Part shown: positions 43,001 to 56,660 of the stretch, in pieces | Position numbering within the stretch: the stretch's first letter is position 1 | How the letters are laid out: every line of letters begins with the position of its first letter | From: Balanoglossus misakiensis | Taxonomy: Eukaryota; Animalia; Hemichordata | Direction of reading: 5' to 3' | Assembly (NCBI GenBank): GCA_040954595.2 | Contig: CM082594.2 | Location: 11,350,276-11,414,275, forward strand | DNA length: 64,000 bases | Made by a program: the position numbers and the translations under genes | The notes under the pieces: generated by a model | What the model saw: the letters and a program-made list of their open reading frames with translations, nothing else | Databases searched by the model: none | Told to the model about the DNA's origin: nothing

Positions 43001-46000
43001 TTTGCGAATTTTGAAAATTTGGTCATTTTTTGAAAAAACCATGGGTTATAGCTCAGGAAAATCGCGAAAAATCGACGATTTTTCGACTTTGCGAATTTTG
43101 AAAATTTGGTCATTTTTTGAAAAAACCATGGGTTATAGCTCAGGAAAATCGCGAAAAATCGACGATTTTTCGACTTTGCGAATTTTGAAAATTTGGTCAT
43201 TTTTTGAAAAAACCATGGGTTATAGCTCAGGAAAATCGCGAAAAATCGACGATTTTTCGACTTTGCGAATTTTGAAAATTTGGTCATTTTTTGAAAAAAC
43301 CATGGGTTATAGCTCAGGAAAATCGCGAAAAATCGACGATTTTTCGACTTTGCGAATTTTGAAAATTTGGTCATTTTTTGAAAAAACCATGGGTTATAGC
43401 TCAGGAAAATCGCGAAAAATCGACGATTTTTCGACTTTGCGAATTTTGAAAATTTGGTCATTTTTTGAAAAAACCATGGGTTATAGCTCAGGAAAATCGC
43501 GAAAAATCGACGATTTTTCGACTTTGCGAATTTTGAAAATTTGGTCATTTTTTGAAAAAACCATGGGTTATAGCTCAGGAAAATCGCGAAAAATCGACGA
43601 TTTTTCGAATTTGCGAATTTTGAAAATTTGGTCATTTTTTGAAAAAACCATGGGTTATAGCTCAGGAAAATCGCGAAAAATTGACGATTTTTCGACTTTG
43701 CGAATTTTCAAAATTAGGTCATTTTTTGAAAAAACCATGGGTTATAGCTCAGGAAAATCGCGAAAAATCGACGATTTTTCGACTTTGCGAATTTTCAAAA
43801 TTTGGTCATTTATTGAAAAAACCATGGGTTATAGCTCAGGAAAATCGCGAAAAATCGACGATTTTTCGACTTTGCGAATTTTCAAAATTTGGTCATTTTT
43901 TGAAAAAACCATGGGTTATAGCTTAGGAAAATTGCGAAAAATCGTCGATTTTTCGACTTTGCGAATTTTGAAAATTTGGTCATTTTTTGAAAAAACCATG
44001 CGTTATAGCTCAGGAAAATCGCGAAAAATCGACGATTTTTCGACTTTGCGAATTTTGAAAATTTGGTCATTTTTTGAAAAAACCATGGGTTATAGCTCAG
44101 GAAAATCGCGAAAAATCGACGATTTTTCGACTTTGCGAATTTTGAAAATTTGGTCATTTTTTGAAAAAACCATGGGTTATAGCTCAGGAAAATCGCGAAA
44201 AATCGACGATTTTTCGACTTTGCGAATTTTGAAAATTTGGTCATTTTTTGAAAAAACCATGGGTTATAGCTCAGGAAAATCGCGAAAAATCGACGATTTT
44301 TCGAATTTGCGATTTTTCAAAATTTGGTCATTTTTTGAAAAAACCATGGGTTATAGCTCAGGAAAATCGCGAAAAATCGACGATTTTTCGACTTTGCGAA
44401 TTTTGAAAATTTGGTCATTTTTTGAAAAAACCATGGGTTATAGCTCAGGAAAATCGCGAAAAATCGACGATTTTTCGACTTTGCGAATTTTCAAAATTTG
44501 GTCATTTTTTGAAAAAACCATGGGTTATAGCTCAGGAAAATCGCGAAAAATCGACGATTTTTCGACTTTGCGAATTTTGAAAATTTGGTCATTTTTTGAA
44601 AAAACCATGGGTTATAGCTCAGGAAAATCGCGAAAAATCGTCGATTTTTCGACTTTGCGAATTTTGAAAATTTGGTCATTTTTTGAAAAAACCATGGGTT
44701 ATAGCTCAGGAAAATCGCGAAAAATCGTCGATTTTTCGACTTTGCGAATTTTCAAAATTTGGTCATTTTTTGAAAAAACCATGGGTTATAGCTCAGGAAA
44801 ATCGCGAAAAATCGACGATTTTTCGACTTTGCGAATTTTCAAAATTTGGTCATTTTTTGAAAAAACCATGGAAAATCGCGAAAAATCGACGATTTTTCGA
44901 CTTTGCGAATTTTCAAAATTTGGTCATTTTCTGAAAAAACCATGGGTTATAGCTCAGGAAAATCGCGAAAAATCGTCGATTTTTCGACTTTGCGAATTTT
45001 GAAAATTTGGTCATTTTTTGAAAAAACCATGGGTTATAGCTCAGGAAAATCGCGAAAAATCGACGATTTTTCGACTTTGCGAATTTTGAAAATTTGGTCA
45101 TTTTTTGAAAAAACCATGGGTTATAGCTCAGGAAAATCGCGAAAAATCGACGATTTTTCGACTTTGCGAATTTTGAAAATTTGGTCATTTTTTGAAAAAA
45201 CCATGGGTTATAGCTCAGGAAAATCGCGAAAAATCGACGATTTTTCGACTTTGCGAATTTTCAAAATTTGGTCATTTTTTGAAAAAACCATGGGTTATAG
45301 CTCAGGAAAATCGCGAAAAATCGACGATTTTTCGACTTTGCGAATTTTCAAAATTTGGTCATTTTTTGAAAAAACCATGGGTTATAGCTCAGGAAAATCG
45401 CGAAAAATCGACGATTTTTCGACTTTGCGAATTTTGAAAATTTGGTCATTTTTTGAAAAAACCATGGGTTATAGCTCAGGAAAATCGCGAAAAATCGACG
45501 ATTTTTCGACTTTGCGAATTTTGAAAATTTGGTCATTTTTTGAAAAAACCATGGGTTATAGCTCAGGAAAATCGCGAAAAATCGACGATTTTTCGACTTT
45601 GCGAATTTTGAAAATTTGGTCATTTTTTGAAAAAACCATGGGTTATAGCTCAGGAAAATCGCGAAAAATCGACGATTTTTCGACTTTGCGAATTTTGAAA
45701 ATTTGGTCATTTTTTGAAAAAACCATGGGTTATAGCTCAGGAAAATCGCGAAAAATCGACGATTTTTCGACTTTGCGAATTTTGAAAATTTGGTCATTTT
45801 TTGAAAAAACCATGGGTTATAGCTCAGGAAAATCGCGAAAAATCGACGATTTTTCGACTTTGCGAATTTTGAAAATTTGGTCATTTTTTGAAAAAACCAT
45901 GGGTTATAGCTCAGGAAAATCGCGAAAAATCGACGATTTTTCGACTTTGCGAATTTTGAAAATTTGGTCATTTTTTGAAAAAACCATGGGTTATAGCTCA

Positions 46001-49000
46001 GGAAAATCGCGAAAAATCGACGATTTTTCGACTTTGCGAATTTTGAAAATTTGGTCATTTTTTGAAAAAACCATGGGTTATAGCTCAGGAAAATCGCGAA
46101 AAATCGACGATTTTTCGACTTTGCGAATTTTGAAAATTTGGTCATTTTTTGAAAAAACCATGGGTTATAGCTCAGGAAAATCGCGAAAAATCGACGATTT
46201 TTCGACTTTGCGAATTTTGAAAATTTGGTCATTTTTTGAAAAAACCATGGGTTATAGCTCAGGAAAATCGCGAAAAATCGACGATTTTTCGACTTTGCGA
46301 ATTTTGAAAATTTGGTCATTTTTTGAAAAAACCATGGGTTATAGCTCAGGAAAATCGCGAAAAATCGACGATTTTTCGACTTTGCGAATTTTGAAAATTT
46401 GGTCATTTTTTGAAAAAACCATGGGTTATAGCTCAGGAAAATCGCGAAAAATCGACGATTTTTCGACTTTGCGAATTTTGAAAATTTGGTCATTTTTTGA
46501 AAAAACCATGGGTTATAGCTCAGGAAAATCGCGAAAAATCGACGATTTTTCGACTTTGCGAATTTTGAAAATTTGGTCATTTTTTGAAAAAACCATGGGT
46601 TATAGCTCAGGAAAATCGCGAAAAATCGACGATTTTTCGACTTTGCGAATTTTGAAAATTTGGTCATTTTTTGAAAAAACCATGGGTTATAGCTCAGGAA
46701 AATCGCGAAAAATCGACGATTTTTCGACTTTGCGAATTTTGAAAATTTGGTCATTTTTTGAAAAAACCATGGGTTATAGCTCAGGAAAATCGCGAAAAAT
46801 CGACGATTTTTCGACTTTGCGAATTTTCAAAATTTGGTCATTTTTTGAAAAAACCATGGGTTATAGCTCAGGAAAATCGCGAAAAATCGACGATTTTTCG
46901 ACTTTGCGAATTTTGAAAATTTGGTCATTTTTTGAAAAAACCATGGGTTATAGCTCAGGAAAATCGCGAAAAATCGACGATTTTTCGACTTTGCGAATTT
47001 TGAAAATTTGGTCATTTTTTGAAAAAACCATGGGTTATAGCTCAGGAAAATCGCGAAAAATCGACGATTTTTCGACTTTGCGAATTTTGAAAATTTGGTC
47101 ATTTTTTGAAAAAACCATGGGTTATAGCTCAGGAAAATCGCGAAAAATCGACGATTTTTCGACTTTGCGAATTTTGAAAATTTGGTCATTTTTTGAAAAA
47201 ACCATGGGTTATAGCTCAGGAAAATCGCGAAAAATCGACGATTTTTCGACTTTGCGAATTTTGAAAATTTGGTCATTTTTTGAAAAAACCATGGGTTATA
47301 GCTCAGGAAAATCGCGAAAAATCGACGATTTTTCGACTTTGCGAATTTTGAAAATTTGGTCATTTTTTGAAAAAAACATGGGTTATAGCTCAGGAAAATC
47401 GCGAAAAATCGACGATTTTTCGACTTTGCGAATTTTGAAAATTTGGTCATTTTTTGAAAAAACCATGGGTTATAGCTCAGGAAAATCGCGAAAAATCGAC
47501 GATTTTTCGACTTTGCGAATTTTGAAAATTTGGTCATTTTTTGAAAAAACCATGGGTTATAGCTCAGGAAAATCGCGAAAAATCGACGATTTTTCGACTT
47601 TGCGAATTTTGAAAATTTGGTCATTTTTTGAAAAAACCATGGGTTATAGCTCAGGAAAATCGCGAAAAATCGACGATTTTTCGACTTTGCGAATTTTGAA
47701 AATTTGGTCATTTTTTGAAAAAACCATGGGTTATAGCTCAGGAAAATCGCGAAAAATCGACGATTTTTCGACTTTGCGAATTTTGAAAATTTGGTCATTT
47801 TTTGAAAAAACCATGGGTTATAGCTCAGGAAAATCGCGAAAAATCGACGATTTTTCGACTTTGCGAATTTTGAAAATTTGGTCATTTTTTGAAAAAACCA
47901 TGGGTTATAGCTCAGGAAAATCGCGAAAAATCGACGATTTTTCGACTTTGCGAATTTTGAAAATTTGGTCATTTTTTGAAAAAACCATGGGTTATAGCTC
48001 AGGAAAATCGCGAAAAATCGACGATTTTTCGACTTTGCGAATTTTGAAAATTTGGTCATTTTTTGAAAAAACCATGGGTTATAGCTCAGGAAAATCGCGA
48101 AAAATCGACGATTTTTCGACTTTGCGAATTTTGAAAATTTGGTCATTTTTTGAAAAAACCATGGGTTATAGCTCAGGAAAATCGCGAAAAATCGACGATT
48201 TTTCGACTTTGCGAATTTTGAAAATTTGGTCATTTTTTGAAAAAACCATGGGTTATAGCTCAGGAAAATCGCGAAAAATCGACGATTTTTCGACTTTGCG
48301 AATTTTGAAAATTTGGTCATTTTTTGAAAAAACCATGGGTTATAGCTCAGGAAAATCGCGAAAAATCGACGATTTTTCGACTTTGCGAATTTTGAAAATT
48401 TGGTCATTTTTTGAAAAAACCATGGGTTATAGCTCAGGAAAATCGCGAAAAATCGACGATTTTTCGACTTTGCGAATTTTGAAAATTTGGTCATTTTTTG
48501 AAAAAACCATGGGTTATAGCTCAGGAAAATCGCGAAAAATCGACGATTTTTCGACTTTGCGAATTTTGAAAATTTGGTCATTTTTTGAAAAAACCATGGG
48601 TTATAGCTCAGGAAAATCGCGAAAAATCGACGATTTTTCGACTTTGCGAATTTTGAAAATTTGGTCATTTTTTGAAAAAACCATGGGTTATAGCTCAGGA
48701 AAATCGCGAAAAATCGACTATTTTTCGACTTTGCGAATTTGCAAAATTTGGTCATTTTTTGAAAAAAACCATGGGTTATAGCTCAGGAAAATCGCGAAAA
48801 ATCGACGATGTTTCGACTTTGCGAATTTTCAAAATTTGGTCATTTTTTGAAAAAACCATGGGTTATAGCTCAGGAAAATCGCGAAAAATCGACGATTTTT
48901 CGACTTTGCGAATTTTCAAAATTTGGTCATTTTTTGAAAAAACCATGGGTTAGGAAAATCGCGAAAAATCGACGATTTTTCGACTTTGCGAATTTTGAAA

Positions 49001-52000
49001 ATTTGGTCATTTTTTGAAAAAACCATGGGTTATAGCTCAGGAAAATCGCGAAAAATCGACGATTTTTCGAATTTGCGAATTTTCAAAATTTGGTCATTTT
49101 TTGAAAAAACCATGGGTTATAGCTCAGGAAAATCGCGAAAAATCGACGATTTTTCGACTTTGCGAATTTTGAAAATTTGGTCATTTTTTGAAAAAACCAT
49201 GGGTTATAGCTCAGGAAAATCGCGAAAAATCGACGATTTTTCGACTTTGCGAATTTTCAAAATTTGGTCATTTTTTGAAAAAACCATGGGTTATAGCTCA
49301 GGAAAATCGCGAAAAATCGACGATTTTTCGACTTTGCGAATTTTCAAAATTTGGTCATTTTTTGAAAAAACCATGGGTTATAGCTCAGGAAAATCGCGAA
49401 AAATCGACGATTTTTCGACTTTGCGAATTTTCAAAATTTGGTCATTTTTTGAAAAAACCATGGGTTATAGCTCAGGAAAATCGCGAAAAATCGACGATTT
49501 TTCGAATTTGCGAATTTTCAAAATTTGGTCATTTTTTGAAAAAACCATGGGTTATAGCTCAGGAAAATCGCGAAAAATCGACGATTTTTCGACTTTGCGA
49601 ATTTTCAAAATTTGGTCATTTTTTGAAAAAACCATGGGTTATAGCTCAGGAAAATCGTGAAAAATCGACGATTTTTCGACTTTGCGAATTTTCAAAATTT
49701 GGTCATTTTTTGAAAAAACCATGGGTTATAGCTCAGGAAAATCGCGAAAAATCGACGATTTTTCGACTTTGCGAATTTTGAAAATTTGGTCATTTTTTGA
49801 AAAAACCATGGGTTATAGCTCAGGAAAATCGCGAAAAATCGACGATTTTTCGAATTTGCGAATTTTCAAAATTTGGTCATTTTTTGAAAAAACCATGGGT
49901 TATAGCTCAGGAAAATCGCGAAAAATCGACGATTTTTCGACTTTGCGAATTTTCAAAATTTGGTCATTTTTTGAAAAAACCATGGGTTATAGCTCAGGAA
50001 AATCGCGAAAAATCGACGATTTTTCGACTTTGCGAATTTTCAAAATTTGGTCATTTTTTGAAAAAACCATGGGTTATAGCTCAGGAAAATCGCGAAAAAT
50101 CGACGATTTTTCGACTTTGCGAATTTTCAAAATTTGGTCATTTTTTGAAAAAACCATGGGTTATAGCTCAGGAAAATCGCGAAAAATCGACGATTTTTCG
50201 AATTTGCGAATTTTCAAAATTTGGTCATTTTTTGAAAAAACCATGGGTTATAGCTCAGGAAAATCGCGAAAAATCGACGATTTTTCGACTTTGCGAATTT
50301 TCAAAATTTGGTCATTTTTTGAAAAAACCATGGGTTATAGCTCAGGAAAATCGTGAAAAATCGACGATTTTTCGACTTTGCGAATTTTCAAAATTTGGTC
50401 ATTTTTTGAAAAAACCATGGGTTATAGCTCAGGAAAATCGTGAAAAATCGACGATTTTTCGACTTTGCGAATTTTGAAAATTTTGTCATTTTTTGAAAAA
50501 ACCATGGGTTATAGCTCAGGAAAATCGCGAAAAATCGACGATTTTTCGACTTTGCGAATTTTCAAAATTTGGTCATTTTTTGAAAAAACCATGGGTTATA
50601 GCTCAGGAAAATCGTGAAAAATCGACGATTTTTCGACTTTGCGAATTTTGAAAATTTGGTCATTTTTTGAAAAAACCATGGGTTATAGCTCAGGAAAATC
50701 GCGAAAAATCGACGATTTTTCGACTTTGCGAATTTTGAAAATTTGGTCATTTTTTGAAAAAACCATGGGTTATAGCTCAGGAAAATCGCGAAAAATCGAC
50801 GATTTTTCGACTTTGCGAATTTTGAAAATTTGGTCATTTTTTGAAAAAACCATGGGTTATAGCTCAGGAAAATCGCGAAAAATCGACGATTTTTCGACTT
50901 TGCGAATTTTGAAAATTTGGTCATTTTTTGAAAAAACCATGGGTTATAGCTCAGGAAAATCGCGAAAAATCGACGATTTTTCGACTTTGCGAATTTTGAA
51001 AATTTGGTCATTTTTTGAAAAAACCATGGGTTATAGCTCAGGAAAATCGCGAAAAATCGACGATTTTTCGACTTTGCGAATTTTCAAAATTTGGTCATTT
51101 TTTGAAAAAACCATGGGTTATAGCTCAGGAAAATCGCGAAAAATCGACGATTTTTCGACTTTGCGAATTTTGAAAATTTGGTCATTTTTTGAAAAAAACA
51201 TGGGTTATAGCTCAGGAAAATCGCGAAAAATCGACGATTTTTCGACTTTGCGAATTTTGAAAATTTGGTCATTTTTTGAAAAAACCATGGGTTATAGCTC
51301 AGGAAAATCGCGAAAAATCGACGATTTTTCGAATTTGCGAATTTTGAAAATTTGGTCATTTTTTGAAAAAACCATGGGTTATAGCTCAGGAAAATCGCGA
51401 AAAATCGACGATTTTTCGACTTTGCGAATTTTCAAAATTTGGTCATTTTTTGAAAAAACCATGGGTTATAGCTCAGGAAAATCGCGAAAAAACGACGATT
51501 TTTCGACTTTGCGAATTTTGAAAATTTGGTCATTTTTTGAAAAAACCATGGGTTATAGCTCAGGAAAATCGCGAAAAATCGACGATTTTTCGAATTTGCG
51601 AATTTTGAAAATTTGGTCATTTTTTGAAAAAACCATGGGTTATAGCTCAGGAAAATCGCGAAAAATCGACGATTTTTCGACTTTGCGAATTTTGAAAATT
51701 TGGTCATTTTTTGAAAAAACCATGGGTTATAGCTCAGGAAAATCGCGAAAAATCGACGATTTTTCGACTTTGCGAATTTTCAAAATTTGGTCATTTTTTG
51801 AAAAAACCATGGGTTATAGCTCAGGAAAATCGCGAAAAATCGACGATTTTTCGACTTTGCGAATTTTGAAAATTTGGTCATTTTTTGAAAAAAACATGGG
51901 TTATAGCTCAGGAAAATCGCGAAAAATCGACGATTTTTCGACTTTGCGAATTTTGAAAATTTGGTCATTTTTTGAAAAAACCATGGGTTATAGCTCAGGA

Positions 52001-55000
52001 AAATCGCGAAAAATCGACGATTTTTCGAATTTGCGAATTTTGAAAATTTGGTCATTTTTTGAAAAAACCATGGGTTATAGCTCAGGAAAATCGCGAAAAA
52101 TCGACGATTTTTCGACTTTGCGAATTTTCAAAATTTGGTCATTTTTTGAAAAAACCATGGGTTATAGCTCAGGAAAATCGCGAAAAAACGACGATTTTTC
52201 GACTTTGCGAATTTTGAAAATTTGGTCATTTTTTGTAAAAACCATGGGTTATAGCTCAGGAAAATCGCGAAAAATCGACGATTTTTCGAATTTGCGAATT
52301 TTCAAAATTTGGTCATTTTTTGAAAAAACCATGGGTTATAGCTCAGGAAAATCGCGAAAAATCGACGATTTTTCGACTTTGCGAATTTTGAAAATTTGGT
52401 CATTTTTTGAAAAAACCATGGGTTATAGCTCAGGAAAATCGCGAAAAATCGACGATTTTTCGACTTTGCGAATTTTCAAAATTTGGTCATTTTTTGAAAA
52501 AACCATGGGTTATAGCTCAGGAAAATCGCGAAAAATCGACGATTTTTCGACTTTGCGAATTTTGAAAATTTGGTCATTTTTTGAAAAAAACATGGGTTAT
52601 AGCTCAGGAAAATCGCGAAAAATCGACGATTTTTCGACTTTGCGAATTTTGAAAATTTGGTCATTTTTTGAAAAAACCATGGGTTATAGCTCAGGAAAAT
52701 CGCGAAAAATCGACGATTTTTCGAATTTGCGAATTTTGAAAATTTGGTCATTTTTTGAAAAAACCATGGGTTATAGCTCAGGAAAATCGCGAAAAATCGA
52801 CGATTTTTCGACTTTGCGAATTTTCAAAATTTGGTCATTTTTTGAAAAAACCATGGGTTATAGCTCAGGAAAATCGCGAAAAAACGACGATTTTTCGACT
52901 TTGCGAATTTTGAAAATTTGGTCATTTTTTGAAAAAACCATGGGTTATAGCTCAGGAAAATCGCGAAAAATCGACGATTTTTCGAATTTGCGAATTTTGA
53001 AAATTTGGTCATTTTTTGAAAAAACCATGGGTTATAGCTCAGGAAAATCGCGAAAAATCGACGATTTTTCGACTTTGCGAATTTTGAAAATTTGGTCATT
53101 TTTTGAAAAAACCATGGGTTATAGCTCAGGAAAATCGCGAAAAATCGACGATTTTTCGACTTTGCGAATTTTCAAAATTTGGTCATTTTTTGAAAAAACC
53201 ATGGGTTATAGCTCAGGAAAATCGCGAAAAATCGACGATTTTTCGACTTTGCGAATTTTGAAAATTTGGTCATTTTTTGAAAAAAACATGGGTTATAGCT
53301 CAGGAAAATCGCGAAAAATCGACGATTTTTCGACTTTGCGAATTTTGAAAATTTGGTCATTTTTTGAAAAAACCATGGGTTATAGCTCAGGAAAATCGCG
53401 AAAAATCGACGATTTTTCGAATTTGCGAATTTTGAAAATTTGGTCATTTTTTGAAAAAACCATGGGTTATAGCTCAGGAAAATCGCGAAAAATCGACGAT
53501 TTTTCGACTTTGCGAATTTTCAAAATTTGGTCATTTTTTGAAAAAACCATGGGTTATAGCTCAGGAAAATCGCGAAAAAACGACGATTTTTCAACTTTGC
53601 GAATTTTGAAAATTTGGTCATTTTTTGAAAAAACCATGGGTTATAGCTCAGGAAAATCGCGAAAAATCGACGATTTTTCGAATTTGCGAATTTTCAAAAT
53701 TTGGTCATTTTTTGAAAAAACCATGGGTTATAGCTCAGGAAAATCGCGAAAAATCGACGATTTTTCGACTTTGCGAATTTTGAAAATTTGGTCATTTTTT
53801 GAAAAAACCATGGGTTATAGCTCAGGAAAATCGCGAAAAATCGACGATTTTTCGACTTTGCGAATTTTCAAAATTTGGTCATTTTTTGAAAAAACCATGG
53901 GTTATAGCTCAGGAAAATCGCGAAAAATCGACGATTTTTCGACTTTGCGAATTTTGAAAATTTGGTCATTTTTTGAAAAAAACATGGGTTATAGCTCAGG
54001 AAAATCGCGAAAAATCGACGATTTTTCGACTTTGCGAATTTTGAAAATTTGGTCATTTTTTGAAAAAACCATGGGTTATAGCTCAGGAAAATCGCGAAAA
54101 ATCGACGATTTTTCGAATTTGCGAATTTTGAAAATTTGGTCATTTTTTGAAAAAACCATGGGTTATAGCTCAGGAAAATCGCGAAAAATCGACGATTTTT
54201 CGACTTTGCGAATTTTCAAAATTTGGTCATTTTTTGAAAAAACCATGGGTTATAGCTCAGGAAAATCGCGAAAAAACGACGATTTTTCGACTTTGCGAAT
54301 TTTGAAAATTTGGTCATTTTTTGAAAAAACCATGGGTTATAGCTCAGGAAAATCGCGAAAAATCGACGATTTTTCGACTTTGCGAATTTTGAAAATTTGG
54401 TCATTTTTTGAAAAAACCATGGGTTATAGCTCAGGAAAATCGCGAAAAATCGACGATTTTTCGACTTTGCGAATTTTGAAAATTTGGTCATTTTTTGAAA
54501 AAACCATGGGTTATAGCTCAGGAAAATCGCGAAAAATCGACGATTTTTCGACTTTGCGAATTTTGAAAATTTGGTCATTTTTTGAAAAAACCATGGGTTA
54601 TAGCTCAGGAAAATCGCGAAAAATCGACGATTTTTCGACTTTGCGAATTTTCAAAATTTGGTCATTTTTTGAAAAAACCATGGGTTATAGCTCAGGAAAA
54701 TCGCGAAAAATCGACGATTTTTCGACTTTGCGAATTTTCAAAATTTGGTCATTTTTTGAAAAAACCATGGGTTATAGCTCAGGAAAATCGCGAAAAATCG
54801 ACGATTTTTCGACTTTGCGAATTTTGAAAATTTGGTCATTTTTTGAAAAAACCATGGGTTATAGCTCAGGAAAATCGCGAAAAATCGACGATTTTTCGAC
54901 TTTGCGAATTTTGAAAATTTGGTCATTTTTTGAAAAAACCATGGGTTATAGCTCAGGAAAATCGCGAAAAATCGACGATTTTTCGAATTTGCGAATTTTC

Positions 55001-56660
55001 AAAATTTGGTCATTTTTTGAAAAAACCATGGGTTATAGCTCAGGAAAATCGCGAAAAATCGACGATTTTTCGACTTTGCGAATTTTGAAAATTTGGTCAT
55101 TTTTTGAAAAAACCATGGGTTATAGCTCAGGAAAATCGCGAAAAATCGACGATTTTTCGACTTTGCGAATTTTCAAAATTTGGTCATTTTTTGAAAAAAC
55201 CATGGGTTATAGCTCAGGAAAATCGCGAAAAATCGACGATTTTTCGACTTTGCGAATTTTGAAAATTTGGTCATTTTTTGAAAAAAACATGGGTTATAGC
55301 TCAGGAAAATCGCGAAAAATCGACGATTTTTCGACTTTGCGAATTTTGAAAATTTGGTCATTTTTTGAAAAAACCATGGGTTATAGCTCAGGAAAATCGC
55401 GAAAAATCGACGATTTTTCGACTTTGCGAATTTTGAAAATTTGGTCATTTTTTGAAAAAACCATGGGTTATAGCTCAGGAAAATCGCGAAAAATCGACGA
55501 TTTTTCGACTTTGCGAATTTTCAAAATTTGGTCATTTTTTGAAAAAACCATGGGTTATAGCTCAGGAAAATCGCGAAAAATCGACGATTTTTCGACTTTG
55601 CGAATTTTGAAAATTTGGTCATTTTTTGAAAAAACCATGGGTTATAGCTCAGGAAAATCGCGAAAAATCGACGATTTTTCGACTTTGCGAATTTTGAAAA
55701 TTTGGTCATTTTTTGAAAAAACCATGGGTTATAGCTCAGGAAAATCGCGAAAAATCGACGATTTTTCGACTTTGCGAATTTTGAAAATTTGGTCATTTTT
55801 TGAAAAAACCATGGGTTATAGCTCAGGAAAATCGCGAAAAATCGACGATTTTTCGAATTTGCGAATTTTGAAAATTTGGTCATTTTTTGAAAAAACCATG
55901 GGTTATAGCTCAGGAAAATCGCGAAAAATCGACGATTTTTCGACTTTGCGAATTTTCAAAATTTGGTCATTTTTTGAAAAAACCATGGGTTATAGCTCAG
56001 GAAAATCGCGAAAAAACGACGATTTTTCGACTTTGCGAATTTTGAAAATTTGGTCATTTTTTGAAAAAACCATGGGTTATAGCTCAGGAAAATCGCGAAA
56101 AATCGACGATTTTTCGACTTTGCGAATTTTGAAAATTTGGTCATTTTTTGAAAAAACCATGGGTTATAGCTCAGGAAAATCGCGAAAAATCGACGATTTT
56201 TCGACTTTGCGAATTTTGAAAATTTGGTCATTTTTTGAAAAAACCATGGGTTATAGCTCAGGAAAATCGCGAAAAATCGACGATTTTTCGACTTTGCGAA
56301 TTTTGAAAATTTGGTCATTTTTTGAAAAAACCATGGGTTATAGCTCAGGAAAATCGCGAAAAATCGACGATTTTTCGACTTTGCGAATTTTCAAAATTTG
56401 GTCATTTTTTGAAAAAACCATGGGTTATAGCTCAGGAAAATCGCGAAAAATCGACGATTTTTCGACTTTGCGAATTTTGAAAATTTGGTCATTTTTTGAA
56501 AAAACCATGGGTTATAGCTCAGGAAAATCGCGAAAAATCGACGATTTTTCGACTTTGCGAATTTTGAAAATTTGGTCATTTTTTGAAAAAACCATGGGTT
56601 ATAGCTCAGGAAAATCGCGAAAAATCGACGATTTTTCGACTTTGCGAATTTTCAAAATTT
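31083..56660. repeat. 87-bp tandem satellite array, ~277 monomers (~44 left and ~233 right of an internal insertion)
   Basis: Consensus CCATGGGTTATAGCTCAGGAAAATCG(C/T)GAAAAATCGACGATTTTTCGACTTTGCGAATTTT(G/C)AAAATTTGGTCATTTTTTGAAAAAA, head-to-tail and near identical. Degenerate copies at ~31003-31130; abrupt end at 56660. Confidence 0.99.
34934..36397. repeat. Insertion of ~2.7 tandem copies of a different ~546-bp unit inside the 87-bp array
   Basis: The unit marker TTCTCAC recurs at 34936, 35483 and 36028. Copies differ by a few SNPs and A-run lengths. Each copy carries an 85-bp palindrome. No target-site duplication is visible. Confidence 0.95.

Noticed and set aside
31083-56660. CRISPR array
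   Set aside because: The repeats are palindromic but there are no unique spacers and no cas genes, and the context is spliced eukaryotic genes.
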